This document shows, one piece after another, positions 29,404 through 39,101 of a DNA stretch of 64,000 nt. The notes beneath the pieces were generated by a model, which was not told the origin of the DNA, did no database searches, and saw only the letters and a program-made list of their open reading frames with translations. Each line of letters opens with the position of its first letter. Position 1 is the first letter of the stretch. The stretch covers positions 1 through 64,000 of the forward strand of contig CAWKAR010000050.1 of NCBI GenBank assembly GCA_963847625.1, read 5' to 3'. Both the position numbers and the translations under genes were made by a program. The DNA comes from a candidate division FCPU426 bacterium (GTDB lineage: Bacteria > Oederibacteriota > Muellerivitia > Muellerivitales > Muellerivitaceae).

Positions 29404-29452
29404 CCTTGACAAAAACGGGGAAGGGAAACGGCAATAAAGCAGGTGATTGACG

Positions 29453-30295
29453 ATGAGCTCTAAAATCCATTTGGACCTGAGGGGACTGCCTCCCCGGGAG
29501 CGCCACCAACGCATCCTCCAAACATTCGAAAGCCTGGGGGTGGGCGAGGCGTTTGAAATAGTGAACGACCATGACCCCCACACCCTGCACCACCAGCTTC
29601 AACACGAGAAACCCCGGCAATTCCGGTGGGAATGCGGCGAAAGGGGTCCAGAAATCTGGAAGATCACCGTCGTGAGGGTTCCGGAAGGAATGGGGGAGGT
29701 CGAGGACAGCGATTACGTCCCCCAGCCCCAGCCCAAACCCATGTCCAAACCCGATTGGGTCAAGAACCTCAATCCCTCCTGCGACCTGTTCCTCGACGTT
29801 CGGCCCATGGTTGAAAACGGGTTGGAACCCTTCCAAGTCATCTTGAAAACCCTCAAGGAATTGAAGCCAGGACAGCACTTTCAACTGGTGGACTCGGTGG
29901 AGCCAACCGCCCTTTATCCCGTCCTGGCAAGGATGGGTTTCATCCATTACACGGAGTTTCGGGACGGGGCTTGGAACTGCTATTTCAAGAAAGCTTCCGA
30001 GACGGACGGGGCGGCCTCGGGCAACCCCGAATCCGCCGAGCCTGGAAGCCTATTCGACCGGATGATGACCGTCGGCCCCAGGGTGGAGCTGGATGTCCGG
30101 AATCTTCCCGCACCAGAGCCTCTCATGAAGATCCTGGAAAACCTTCCCGCGGTCGCCGAAGGGGGGGTGCTTTTAGTGCGCCACCAGAAGGAGTCCAAGC
30201 AACTCATGGACAAACTCCGGGAGAGGGGATTCGATACGGCCAGCCGAAAAATGGGGGAGACGCACTACCAAATCCTGGTTTGGAAAAAAAGTTAA
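29453..30295 (+). CDS. Triple DUF2249 (TusA/SirA-like) domain protein
   Basis: Three units: LDLRGLPPRERH...VNDHDP; LDVRPMVENGLEPF; LDVRNLPAPEPL. Confidence 0.85.
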   Translation: MSSKIHLDLRGLPPRERHQRILQTFESLGVGEAFEIVNDHDPHTLHHQLQHEKPRQFRWECGERGPEIWKITVVRVPEGMGEVEDSDYVPQPQPKPMSKPDWVKNLNPSCDLFLDVRPMVENGLEPFQVILKTLKELKPGQHFQLVDSVEPTALYPVLARMGFIHYTEFRDGAWNCYFKKASETDGAASGNPESAEPGSLFDRMMTVGPRVELDVRNLPAPEPLMKILENLPAVAEGGVLLVRHQKESKQLMDKLRERGFDTASRKMGETHYQILVWKKS

Positions 30296-30431
30296 ACCGT
30301 TTTACGTCCCAACCCGCAAGGGATCGGAATCCGGTATGGAAATACGTTCTTAACGCGCACTTTAGGGACTTGAAAAACCCAAGCCCTTGTCCATTTCAAT
30401 CCAAGTCAAAGTCACCTTATTTTTCCATATT

Positions 30432-30447
30432 TATGACTATAGTCATG
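30432..30447. promoter_or_regulatory. TATGAC-N4-GTCATA-type site (TATGAC TATA GTCATG)
   Basis: CATAAT starts 21 nt downstream (30469), upstream of the PRTase-like gene. Confidence 0.8.
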
Positions 30448-30503
30448 CAGGCCCAAGATGCGTCATCCCATAATGAAATCGGCATTCAAAGGGGAGACGA
30501 GCC

Positions 30504-31232
30504 ATGAAAAGGGATTCCATGATCACGCGAGCCAAGAAAAAATACGTTTTCCGGGACAGGGAGGAATCGGCCCGGGTTCTCTGCGAGAAACTTTTCCATT
30601 ACCGGGGTTTGAATCCCCTGGTTCTGGCATTGAACCCCGACGCCTTGCGTATGGGGAGATTGGTGGCTCACTATTTAAGAGGGGATCTGGACATGATACT
30701 GGTCCAGCCGGTTTTCTCGCACGAAAATCCTTTGGCCCAAGCGGGAGCTGTCAGCGAAAAGGGTGCCTTTTACCTGAATAAAGGACCGGTTGGATCCAAG
30801 ACGACGGGGTTTTCTTGCGAGGAGGAGGCCCAACAAGGCCTTCGAAACCTGGAACAAAGGCGCAAACTTTTCACCCCTGGCCGGCCTTCGGAGAGCGCCC
30901 ATTATCGGGTGGTGGTTGTGGTAAGTGACGGAATGGCAGCTCCCGGCGTCCTGATGGCGGCTATCCGGCAAGTTGATACCGAGCACCCGGCCAAAATCGT
31001 GGCGGCGACCGCAGCGGCCACGCCGGAAACTCTGGACAGCCTCCGCCAGGAAGCCGAGGAGGCCATTGTGCTGGTGGTGAAACCCGAGGCGGAATCGCTG
31101 CGAGACCTTTATGAGAAGCTTCCCCCCGTCGAGGATGAGGAAGTCATCCATATTCTCAACGATCCCCGGCCCATCCTGGCACCGGGCCGGATCGTCCGCG
31201 CAGACTCAATGGATTTAAACCCGGAAGATTAG
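30504..31232 (+). CDS. Phosphoribosyltransferase-like protein with degenerate PRPP loop
   Basis: FRDREESARVL N-terminus, NPLAQAGAVSE, VVVVSDGMAAPG. Confidence 0.8.
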   Translation: MKRDSMITRAKKKYVFRDREESARVLCEKLFHYRGLNPLVLALNPDALRMGRLVAHYLRGDLDMILVQPVFSHENPLAQAGAVSEKGAFYLNKGPVGSKTTGFSCEEEAQQGLRNLEQRRKLFTPGRPSESAHYRVVVVVSDGMAAPGVLMAAIRQVDTEHPAKIVAATAAATPETLDSLRQEAEEAIVLVVKPEAESLRDLYEKLPPVEDEEVIHILNDPRPILAPGRIVRADSMDLNPED

Positions 31233-31293
31233 AAGCACCCGTCTCAAACCTCCAAAAAACCTATTATGGGATTCCTATGTTCAGAATCTTGGT

Positions 31294-31866
31294 TTAGGCC
31301 CCGAACCTGGTTCCGGCTTCGGCCCAGTCGATGGCCTTCAGGAAGGCCTGTACGTAATCGGGCTTGGCCAGTCCATAATCCACCATATAAGCATGCTCGA
31401 ACACGTCCCCCAGAAGAACCGGGACGGAGCCAGCCGGATATCCTGTGTCATGTTCGTTGATCCAAACATTGAACAGTTTTTTCCCGACCGGGTCGTAAGT
31501 CAGAGCCGCCCAGCCGATGCCCCTCATGCCGCACACAGCCGTGAAGGTTTTTTTCCAATTCTCCACCGAGTCGAAATCAGTCTTGATTTGGTCAGCCAGT
31601 TTTCCCGAGGGTTCAGGTTGCTTCGGGGCCTTGGTCATGTTCGCGAAGTAAAGCTCATGTAGCCTCATTCCGTTGAACTCCCACCCGAACCTGCGCTTCA
31701 GCTCTGCGAAACCCGGGGTGCCGGCTTCGGCCTTTTCCAGAAGCTCCACCACCTTGTTCACGTTGGTCACATATCCCTCGTAAAGTTTGAAATGGTTCTT
31801 CAGCAAGGTTTCGCTGAAGCCTGGCGTTCCGATCAGGCTTGAAAAATCCTTTGGTTGGTAAGGCAT
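31294..31866 (-). CDS. Fe/Mn superoxide dismutase (ChrC-like subgroup)
   Basis: NHFKLYEGYV, LHELYF, GIGW, DVFEHAY. Confidence 0.92.
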   Translation of the reverse strand: MPYQPKDFSSLIGTPGFSETLLKNHFKLYEGYVTNVNKVVELLEKAEAGTPGFAELKRRFGWEFNGMRLHELYFANMTKAPKQPEPSGKLADQIKTDFDSVENWKKTFTAVCGMRGIGWAALTYDPVGKKLFNVWINEHDTGYPAGSVPVLLGDVFEHAYMVDYGLAKPDYVQAFLKAIDWAEAGTRFGA

Positions 31867-32104
31867 GTTTCCCCTCCTTGGTTATATTTGATACAACTGA
31901 TAAAGCCTTTTTCATAAAAAAGAAAGGGGTCTGAAGTAAAAAGTTTGAATTTTCCTTGAATTGGGGTATTACCGATTAACCTTTTTATATAGGGTGTTTA
32001 AAACAAGTCCCTTTCAAGGCTACTAAACGGTTGATTCCGGGCCAAAAGATGGATACCGTGACATTCCCCGGGTTGGACGGGGATATCCCAGCTTCGAGGA
32101 GCCT

Positions 32105-32851
32105 ATGACCTCGACTTTCCTATATATAGTCCTCAGCGTCACGATCGTGAGCCTTATTTCGCTTATCGGTATATCCCTTTTCTCACTCAGCCATAACGCG
32201 TTTCACCAGATCGTCTCTTTCCTGGTGGCGTTGGCGATAGGGGCGCTTTTCGGCGATAGTTTCCTCCATCTCCTGCCGGAAGCTTATGCCCGGCCAGCCG
32301 CCGGATTGAATACGCCCCTTTACGCCATCGGCGGAATTCTGCTTTTCTTCATCCTGGAGAATTTCCTGCAATGGCGGCACCAACACTCGGATGAGCACCA
32401 GGAAATCCACCCGGTCGGCTACTTGAACCTCATGGCGGACATGGCCCACAACTACATCGACGGGCTCATCATCGGTGCTTCCTACCTGGCGGGTTTCAAG
32501 TTGGGATTGGCTACCTCTTTAGCGGTCATGCTTCATGAAATCCCACATGAGTTCAGCAATTTCGGAATCCTGGTGATGTCCGGCTTCACAAGGGGAAAAG
32601 CACTTTTCCTGAATTTCCTGACGGCCTTGACGGCGGTAGTGGGGGGGCTTACGGCCTGGTGGGTCGGATCGAACGTGGATGGCTTCATGCAAGCCTTGAT
32701 CCCCATTACCGCTGGAAGCTTTATTTATATTGCGGGTTCCGACCTGGTACCCCAGCTCCATAAAAACGTGAAATCCCTCAGGGCGTTTTTACAGATCTTG
32801 GCCATCCTCGCGGGAGTAGGGATCATGTATTTGTTGAAGGTGTACGAGTAA
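32105..32851 (+). CDS. ZIP-family metal transporter
   Basis: HLLPE, His-rich loop, HNYIDG, HEIPHE. Confidence 0.93.
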   Translation: MTSTFLYIVLSVTIVSLISLIGISLFSLSHNAFHQIVSFLVALAIGALFGDSFLHLLPEAYARPAAGLNTPLYAIGGILLFFILENFLQWRHQHSDEHQEIHPVGYLNLMADMAHNYIDGLIIGASYLAGFKLGLATSLAVMLHEIPHEFSNFGILVMSGFTRGKALFLNFLTALTAVVGGLTAWWVGSNVDGFMQALIPITAGSFIYIAGSDLVPQLHKNVKSLRAFLQILAILAGVGIMYLLKVYE

Positions 32852-32893
32852 AAAAAACTGGCCTCACTGTCGGCCGGTTATCGCAATGAGGCC
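32850..32893 (-). terminator. Probable terminator for the convergent minus-strand transcript
   Basis: ggcctcactg...caatgaggcc hairpin preceded by an A-run on the + strand. Confidence 0.55.
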
Positions 32894-33021
32894 GTCGCCG
32901 ATTCCTTCCAAAGCCGGGTCAACGCATCCCACAGGTTTTTCCGTGTGGCCAAGTGATAGCTGAGTGGAAAATTTTTGTCCCCTAGGCTAGAAAGAAAAGG
33001 AGGGTTCGGGAAATCCTGGGA

Positions 33022-33537
33022 TTAACTTTCAGTCTCACTGGAAAGGTTGGGGGTGTCCTTGATGGAGAAGGTCAAAAGGCGGCAAAGCTGGGCTTTTTCC
33101 TTTTCTTCCACCAGCCGGTCCACCTCGGGATACAAAATCCGGTTTTCCCTTACCGAATGCTGTTCCAGGTATTTCTTGAACTGGGCTTCGTCATCGAATA
33201 GGGCGATGATTTCCTTCCAATTGGAATCGCTGCGGCTCAAACGGGAAGCCCGCAGGACCAAACGGTTGAACCACTCCGTGATTTTCTGGTGTTCCGAGGA
33301 AAAAACCTCGGTTTCACCGCCATGGATTTGGGCGGCCCTCTGCTGGTAGAGGGGCAGCAGGATCTCGTCCTCCTCCTTCATATGATTGAAAAGGGCTTTA
33401 CCTAATGTTTTCAACATAGCCCTGGCTTGGGTGTAATCGCCTTTGAGAATGGCGACTTGGTGGTTTTCGAACAAATCATGTATTTCCTGGTGGATCTGGT
33501 TCAATTCCAAAAGAGTGCGGGACTGGGATTCCGTCAT
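33022..33537 (-). CDS. Hemerythrin-like (HHE) protein, third paralog
   Basis: H...HMKEED...EH...HSVRE. Confidence 0.85.
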   Translation of the reverse strand: MTESQSRTLLELNQIHQEIHDLFENHQVAILKGDYTQARAMLKTLGKALFNHMKEEDEILLPLYQQRAAQIHGGETEVFSSEHQKITEWFNRLVLRASRLSRSDSNWKEIIALFDDEAQFKKYLEQHSVRENRILYPEVDRLVEEKEKAQLCRLLTFSIKDTPNLSSETES

Positions 33538-33627
33538 TTTTTTCCGTTCCTTGGGAATATAAGTGATTCTTGAGAATGGAGCCTTTATGAATTACTTGAA
33601 TTTTAAATTTAATGGAAGTTTTTAATG

Positions 33628-33643
33628 TATGACTAGTCTCATA
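33628..33643. promoter_or_regulatory. TATGAC-N4-GTCATA-type site (TATGAC TAGT CTCATA)
   Basis: Minus-strand TAAAAT starts 22 nt away (33605), upstream of the hemerythrin gene. Confidence 0.75.
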
Positions 33644-34037
33644 ATGGTTATCGTCGCAAGAAATGTTTTCCGTGTTGAGGGGCACGGCCGGGTTTCATAT
33701 TCCATGCCGATCTTCCATAAAGCTTACGAGGAGGCCGGTATTGCACCGATTTTTATGACAGCCTTATAGAAAATCGGCGCATGTTTATGATGGAAGCGGG
33801 GAAAATGAAATGGGGGGTTCAGCCGCCACTGATTCCCCATGAATCTGTGCCGATCTTTCATAAAAAACATTTTGAGATCGGTGCTATACCAGCCACTTTA
33901 ACCGTTTTATGGAGGGCTGGCATGCGCCGGCAGTCTTCTCCCTCGGGCCGAATTTTATATCTATTAATTCAGCACACTCACATCTTGGGTTTCGGCTTGT
34001 AGCCTCAACCCAGAGGCCGGAAGTCTCGAGCGGCCTG

Positions 34038-34511
34038 CTAAACGATCCCCGAGGTGATATTGGTTTGGAGGAATTTGAAAACCAAATCGGATAATTTTTC
34101 ACAATTTTGGCCATAGGCATAAAGCTGGCAGCGCCCGCCCCTGGAGGGATTGAATTCCACCACCAGCGTCGCCGGGGGACCGGGGGGGGGCTGGATGGAA
34201 AATTTCGAAAGTTCGCAGTTTTCCAGGATCAAACGGACATTGCGCAAGCCTTCCAAATGGTGGAGCTCAAAATCGTTGTGAACCAGAAACTGCCGGGCTT
34301 CCAGGCAGTATTTTTTCGAAAAAAACCAAAGGCTGTCCCACTCCGTAATTTTTTGGTTTTCCTCGTTGGATTGGGAAATGAAGACGTCCTCGATGGGTTC
34401 GGGGATCAAACGGGCGGCGAATTCAAGGATATCCTTGAGCTTTTTCAGGCAGGACTCCGAAGTCAGGCCCATTTTTTGAAAATACACATTGAAAGATTTG
34501 TTCATGACCAC
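34038..34511 (-). CDS. Hypothetical protein
   Basis: 157-aa ORF with GGAGA RBS; no recognised motif. Confidence 0.7.
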   Translation of the reverse strand: MVMNKSFNVYFQKMGLTSESCLKKLKDILEFAARLIPEPIEDVFISQSNEENQKITEWDSLWFFSKKYCLEARQFLVHNDFELHHLEGLRNVRLILENCELSKFSIQPPPGPPATLVVEFNPSRGGRCQLYAYGQNCEKLSDLVFKFLQTNITSGIV

Positions 34512-34567
34512 TCTCCAAATTTCTTCCTCGATTAGAAGTTTTTATAGGGGATGGGAATTGAAAGGGG

Positions 34568-34583
34568 TATGACCACGGTCATA
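34568..34583. promoter_or_regulatory. Perfect TATGAC-CACG-GTCATA site
   Basis: Minus-strand TATAAA starts 21 nt away (34546). Confidence 0.8.
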
Positions 34584-34607
34584 CCCTGCCGGCGCCGGAC
34601 CGCAAGG

Positions 34608-34829
34608 TCAATTTTTGGGTTTGCCCCTGGGTGCCGGGATAGGCTTTGCCGACCCCGTCGCCGGATGAGAGTCGGGGGTTGAAACATCGCTTTGGCGCTT
34701 CAACCAATCACGGTACCCAGAGTGAAGCGCGGGAAGCTGGCTTGGCTTTTTCCCTGAAAAATTCTGGGCCACGGCTTTCCATTTTCGGTGTTGTTCCTCG
34801 AAAAATTTTTTCAGGATTTTAGAATCCAT
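34608..34829 (-). CDS. Small basic hypothetical protein
   Basis: ORF open from GTG 34838; has its own palindrome and -10 pair upstream. Confidence 0.55.
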   Translation of the reverse strand: MDSKILKKFFEEQHRKWKAVAQNFSGKKPSQLPALHSGYRDWLKRQSDVSTPDSHPATGSAKPIPAPRGKPKN

Positions 34830-34894
34830 CAGGAACACCTTTAGCTAAACTGCGGAACCCATAAAGTAAAGTACTTGGCAGGGGAGAGCTGAAT

Positions 34895-34910
34895 TATGAC
34901 GTAAGTCATA
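34895..34910. promoter_or_regulatory. Perfect TATGAC-GTAA-GTCATA site
   Basis: Between the small ORF and acs; minus-strand TACTTT starts 21 nt away (34873). Confidence 0.8.
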
Positions 34911-35083
34911 GGGGGAGCCTAAAAAGAGGGGAGAATGACCTTCCCTTGATTAGATTCCAGGGATGCTGCGAGTGAAAGAAGTTAAAAAAAGTCAATCTTT
35001 GCGGGCATATTTTGCCAGGTTGGTTAAACTTTAAAAAACAAGCTACTAAGCTTTGATAACTTAAATTTTTTTAGGGAGGAAAG

Positions 35084-37063
35084 ATGACACCGCCAGAACA
35101 ATCCATCACAAGTTTTCAAAAGGATTCCCAAACCTTCCCGCCGCCGAAGGACGTAGCTGCAAAAGCCTATATCGGTTCTTTTCAAAAATACCAGGAGATG
35201 TACAACCGTTCGATCAAGGATTCCAAGGCATTTTGGCTGGAACAGGCCGCTTCCGAACTTCAATGGTTCAAGAAACCGACGAAAGCCATGGAGTACACTT
35301 GGGACACGGCCAAAAGGGTTATCAAACACACCTGGTTTGAGGACGGTGAGCTGAACATTTCGGTGAATTGCCTGGACCGCCACCTCGCCAAGCTCGGGAA
35401 CAAAGTCGCGATCCTTTGGCAGGGTGAAAAGGACGAGGAAGTCCGCAAGATCACCTATACGGAATTGCACAAAATGGTCTGCCAGTTCGCCAACGTGCTT
35501 CTCTCGAAGGGAATCAAAAAAGGGGACCGCATCTGCGTTTATATGCCCATGATCCCGGAGGCGGCCGTCGCCCTGTTGGCCTGCGCCAGGGTGGGGGTCA
35601 TCCACTCGTTTGTTTTCGGGGGGTTCAGCGCGGAATCCTTGAAAACCCGCATCCAGGACTCCGAGAACGTCATGGTGATCACCACGGACGTGAGCTACCG
35701 GTCGGGGAAAACCATCGGCTTAAAAACCATCGTAGACGAAGCCCTGAAGGAATGCCCCTCGATTAAGAGCGTGATCGTATACAAAAGGGGGGAAGGCAAA
35801 GTCAACATGCAATCCGGGCGGGATTCCTGGTGGCACGACGACATCAAGAACACCAGCCCCATGCACGAAGCTAAGCCCATGAAGGCCGAAGATCCCCTCT
35901 TCATCCTTTACACGTCGGGTTCCACGGGAAAGCCCAAGGGCGTCCTGCACACGACGGCGGGATATCTCCTGCACGCGGCCATCTCCTTCAAGTACATCTT
36001 CGATTACCATCCGGAGGATATTTTTTGGTGCACCGCCGACATCGGCTGGGTAACGGGCCATAGTTACATCGTTTACGGGCCCCTGGCCGTCGGCGCCACC
36101 ACCGTAATGTTCGAGAGCGTCCCCACCTATCCGGACGCGGGAAGGTTCTGGCAGGTCGTGGCCAAACACAAGGTGACCATCTTCTACACCGCCCCCACGG
36201 CCATCCGGTCCCTCATGCGCGAAGGCGAACAGTGGCCGAACAAACACGACCTCAGTTCCCTGCGGATACTGGGTTCGGTGGGGGAGCCCATCAATCCCGA
36301 GGCGTGGCTGTGGTACCACCGCAATATCGGGAAGGGCCGCTGTCCCATCGTGGATACCTGGTGGCAGACCGAGACGGGCGGCATCCTGATCACCCCCCTG
36401 CCGGGCGCCCATACGCTCAAGCCCGGAAGTGCCTCCCGGCCCTTCTTCGGGGTAGAACCGGTTGTGATGGACAACAACAATAAGGAATGCGCCGTGAACG
36501 AAGGCGGCAAGCTCTGCATCAAGAAGCCCTGGCCCGGCATGGCCCGGACCATGTGGGGGGACCACAACCGCTTCATCGACACCTACTTTACGGCTTTCGC
36601 CGACCTTTATTACACCGGCGACGGCTGCCGGGTCGACACGGACGGGGACTATTGGCTCCTGGGCCGCGTGGACGACGTGGTGAACATCTCGGGGCACCGC
36701 ATCGGAACCGCCGAGGTGGAAAGCGCGTTGGTCTCCCATCCCAAGGTTTCGGAGGCCGCGGTGGTGGGCTATCCCCACGACATCAAAGGCTCGGCGCTTT
36801 ATGCTTACGTGACCCTCAAGGAGGGCGTGACACCCTCCGAGGAACTGAAGAAGGAACTGGTCCAGCACGTTCGCAAGGAAATCGGGCCGATCGCCCAGCC
36901 GGACAAGATCCAATTCGCCGAAGGGATGCCCAAGACCCGGAGCGGCAAAATCATGCGCAGGATTCTCAGGAAAATCGCCGAGAACGACACGAGCAACCTG
37001 GGGGATACCTCGACGCTGGCCGATCCAAGCGTCGTGGACAAGCTGGTGAAAGGGAAGCTGTAA
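35084..37063 (+). CDS. acs: Acetyl-CoA synthetase (AMP-forming)
   Basis: [32 protein letters not shown]. Confidence 0.97.
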   Translation: MTPPEQSITSFQKDSQTFPPPKDVAAKAYIGSFQKYQEMYNRSIKDSKAFWLEQAASELQWFKKPTKAMEYTWDTAKRVIKHTWFEDGELNISVNCLDRHLAKLGNKVAILWQGEKDEEVRKITYTELHKMVCQFANVLLSKGIKKGDRICVYMPMIPEAAVALLACARVGVIHSFVFGGFSAESLKTRIQDSENVMVITTDVSYRSGKTIGLKTIVDEALKECPSIKSVIVYKRGEGKVNMQSGRDSWWHDDIKNTSPMHEAKPMKAEDPLFILYTSGSTGKPKGVLHTTAGYLLHAAISFKYIFDYHPEDIFWCTADIGWVTGHSYIVYGPLAVGATTVMFESVPTYPDAGRFWQVVAKHKVTIFYTAPTAIRSLMREGEQWPNKHDLSSLRILGSVGEPINPEAWLWYHRNIGKGRCPIVDTWWQTETGGILITPLPGAHTLKPGSASRPFFGVEPVVMDNNNKECAVNEGGKLCIKKPWPGMARTMWGDHNRFIDTYFTAFADLYYTGDGCRVDTDGDYWLLGRVDDVVNISGHRIGTAEVESALVSHPKVSEAAVVGYPHDIKGSALYAYVTLKEGVTPSEELKKELVQHVRKEIGPIAQPDKIQFAEGMPKTRSGKIMRRILRKIAENDTSNLGDTSTLADPSVVDKLVKGKL

Positions 37064-37102
37064 TCAGCCGGTAAGCCGGGTTTGCTTCCTTATATAAGTT
37101 AT

Positions 37103-37141
37103 AAAAAAGCGCACTTTAGATTTCCTAAAGCGCGCTTTTTT
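37103..37141. terminator. Bidirectional intrinsic terminator
   Basis: aaaaaagcgcactttag-atttc-ctaaagcgcgcttttt between convergent genes. Confidence 0.8.
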
Positions 37142-37180
37142 ATTTACGGCTTAAAGAGTCAACAACTAAGGACTAAATGG

Positions 37181-38779
37181 TTAGAACCGATACCAAGCTG
37201 AAACCTGGAAGCGATGTCCCAACCAAACCTGTTCCGGGGCGGTGGCTGTCTTGAGATAGTTCGTGGCGATCCGGGCATATTCCACGGCCAGCCGGATGTT
37301 GCTGGTGAAGTCATGCATGATATTAGCGAACATGACCTGGTCGTCATTGTAAGACCCGGCGCTCATGCCGGCCCCGCCGGCCTTCGCGGGATTCCAGGCG
37401 GACAAACCCCCGATATTGGGGGAGAAAATTTCCCCGTAACCCGCCGTCAAGAAGGTTCCCCAGCTCTTGGGACCGTGGATCTGGACCTGGCCGTTCCAGC
37501 TTTGCACTTTGATCAGGGTGAAATTGTTGCTCGGATCGAACCCGGCGATACCCGCGTCCAAGTTGGGGGAAAGGGTGTTGTTGCCGACGGTTACGGCTGC
37601 GTTATTAGCGTTGGCTAATGCCGGCAAACCACCCGTCCAGTACGGAAACATGTCCCCGTCCCCTGTTCCCGTGGTCCACTCACCTGTCGCCACCACAGCG
37701 GGACCATCCTTGCCGTCAAAGGGAAGAAGCGGGATCAAGGCGTCAATCGCCAGGCTTTGCGCCCAAGTGTAGTTGTTTAAATCGTAGTTGCCCGGATTGT
37801 TCCAGGCGGTGGGCCAGGCATAGTTCCGGTCGGTCCCGGAAACACCGATGCTGAAAGGAACGGTGTTGACGGGGCCGGTGGCCATCCCAAAACGCCCCTT
37901 CCACCCGCCGATGATGAATTTCAACGCGCCATCCGCGTTGGGGAATTGCGAATCGCGCTGCTCGGGACGGTCGGCGGAAACGGCGAGTTGCACCCTCACA
38001 TCCTCTCCGAGTCCCAGGGTGTCGGATACTCGGATCTGGGGGGTCCGCTCGTAAAGCACGCCCATGTAGGGGGCCACGGAAACGGAGGCCAGGATGTAGT
38101 CCATGTTCCACCCGAAGAGGGACCAGTATTGGCCGGCCATGATATTCAAGCCGTTCTTTTCAGCCGAGACGTAGGCGTGGCGGAGGCCCAGGGTGGGATA
38201 GGTGTACCAACTACTCTCTGAATTAGGAGAAGCAGAGTTACTGGGGGCAGACAAGTAGGTGGGGCTCGGGTCATACCCCTTGAAATCGACTTCCACGTAA
38301 CCCTTGGTCTTCCAGCCGTCGATAGCCGGAACCGTGCCCAGGAAGGAAAGGCGTGAGTCCCGCATGGAAGCCAGAGTTTCACCGTTATTTCCGTTATAGG
38401 ATCCCACTCCCGGAGACGGAAGTCCCGACCTTAGGACCGGACCGTCACCCACCACCTCGGCGAAGGAATGGGTATCATCCTGGATCGCGTCCAGTTCGGC
38501 GAAACCATGGACCTCGACCTTAATCGCGTTTTCCAGGCCTGAAACCCGCTTGGATAAAGAATCAAGGGTTGGAGTCTCCGCGGCAGGAACGGCCGTGGAA
38601 ACGGCGGTTGGCGCTGTTGCCGGTACCGCCTTATGAGATACTGTTGCCGGAGCGACAGTTGTAGCTTTTGTCGCGGCTGAAGCGGGAGCGGCATTGTCCG
38701 CCAGTGCCGGGGAGGCTGACAGGGTCAGGGAAACCCAACCAGCCGCAATCCAAAACATTAAAAACAAAATCCGTTTCAT
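37181..38779 (-). CDS. Outer-membrane porin (DcaP-like)
   Basis: Signal peptide, Ala/Thr/Pro linker, short coiled coil, SRL..., LRHAYV, AGQYWSLF, RTPQIR, C-terminal WYRF. Confidence 0.78.
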   Translation of the reverse strand: MKRILFLMFWIAAGWVSLTLSASPALADNAAPASAATKATTVAPATVSHKAVPATAPTAVSTAVPAAETPTLDSLSKRVSGLENAIKVEVHGFAELDAIQDDTHSFAEVVGDGPVLRSGLPSPGVGSYNGNNGETLASMRDSRLSFLGTVPAIDGWKTKGYVEVDFKGYDPSPTYLSAPSNSASPNSESSWYTYPTLGLRHAYVSAEKNGLNIMAGQYWSLFGWNMDYILASVSVAPYMGVLYERTPQIRVSDTLGLGEDVRVQLAVSADRPEQRDSQFPNADGALKFIIGGWKGRFGMATGPVNTVPFSIGVSGTDRNYAWPTAWNNPGNYDLNNYTWAQSLAIDALIPLLPFDGKDGPAVVATGEWTTGTGDGDMFPYWTGGLPALANANNAAVTVGNNTLSPNLDAGIAGFDPSNNFTLIKVQSWNGQVQIHGPKSWGTFLTAGYGEIFSPNIGGLSAWNPAKAGGAGMSAGSYNDDQVMFANIMHDFTSNIRLAVEYARIATNYLKTATAPEQVWLGHRFQVSAWYRF

Positions 38780-38937
38780 GTTGTCTCCTTGAAAATTATT
38801 GCGCCTCTACCATTCGCCGGAAAAATCCAAGAAATTTTTCTGAAAACTTGGCCCGGATCCTATTTTAAGGCGTCCGTCATTTTTATAAAAACAGATGACG
38901 AATATAAACATTACATTCTCATCAACGCGTCCTACTG

Positions 38938-38953
38938 TATGACTTGGGTCATA
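38938..38953. promoter_or_regulatory. Perfect TATGAC-TTGG-GTCATA site
   Basis: Between the divergent porin and acetate operon; TGcTATAGT extended -10 at 38990-38998. Confidence 0.8.
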
Positions 38954-39101
38954 GATAATGAATGAACTTTGGCCTCAAAAATCATTCCATGCTATAGTTA
39001 ACCGGTATTCCCACCCGAAAAATTTATTCGAGAAATAAATCGGATAAGACTTTATTGAATAACCCGGGGGGAATTTTTTTTTGTGAGGACCTAAATTCAT
39101 C

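Noticed and set aside
33746..33777. Eighth regulon site (TATGAC AGC CTTATA)
   Set aside because: Spacer is one base short and the arm is mismatched; better explained as a hairpin ccgatttt...aaaatcgg downstream of the 34038 gene.
35720..36913. Long antisense ORFs such as this 397-aa one (also 10020-11183, 40984-42213, 58773-59693)
   Set aside because: They overlap well-supported genes on the opposite strand, as is typical at high GC3, and carry no motifs.
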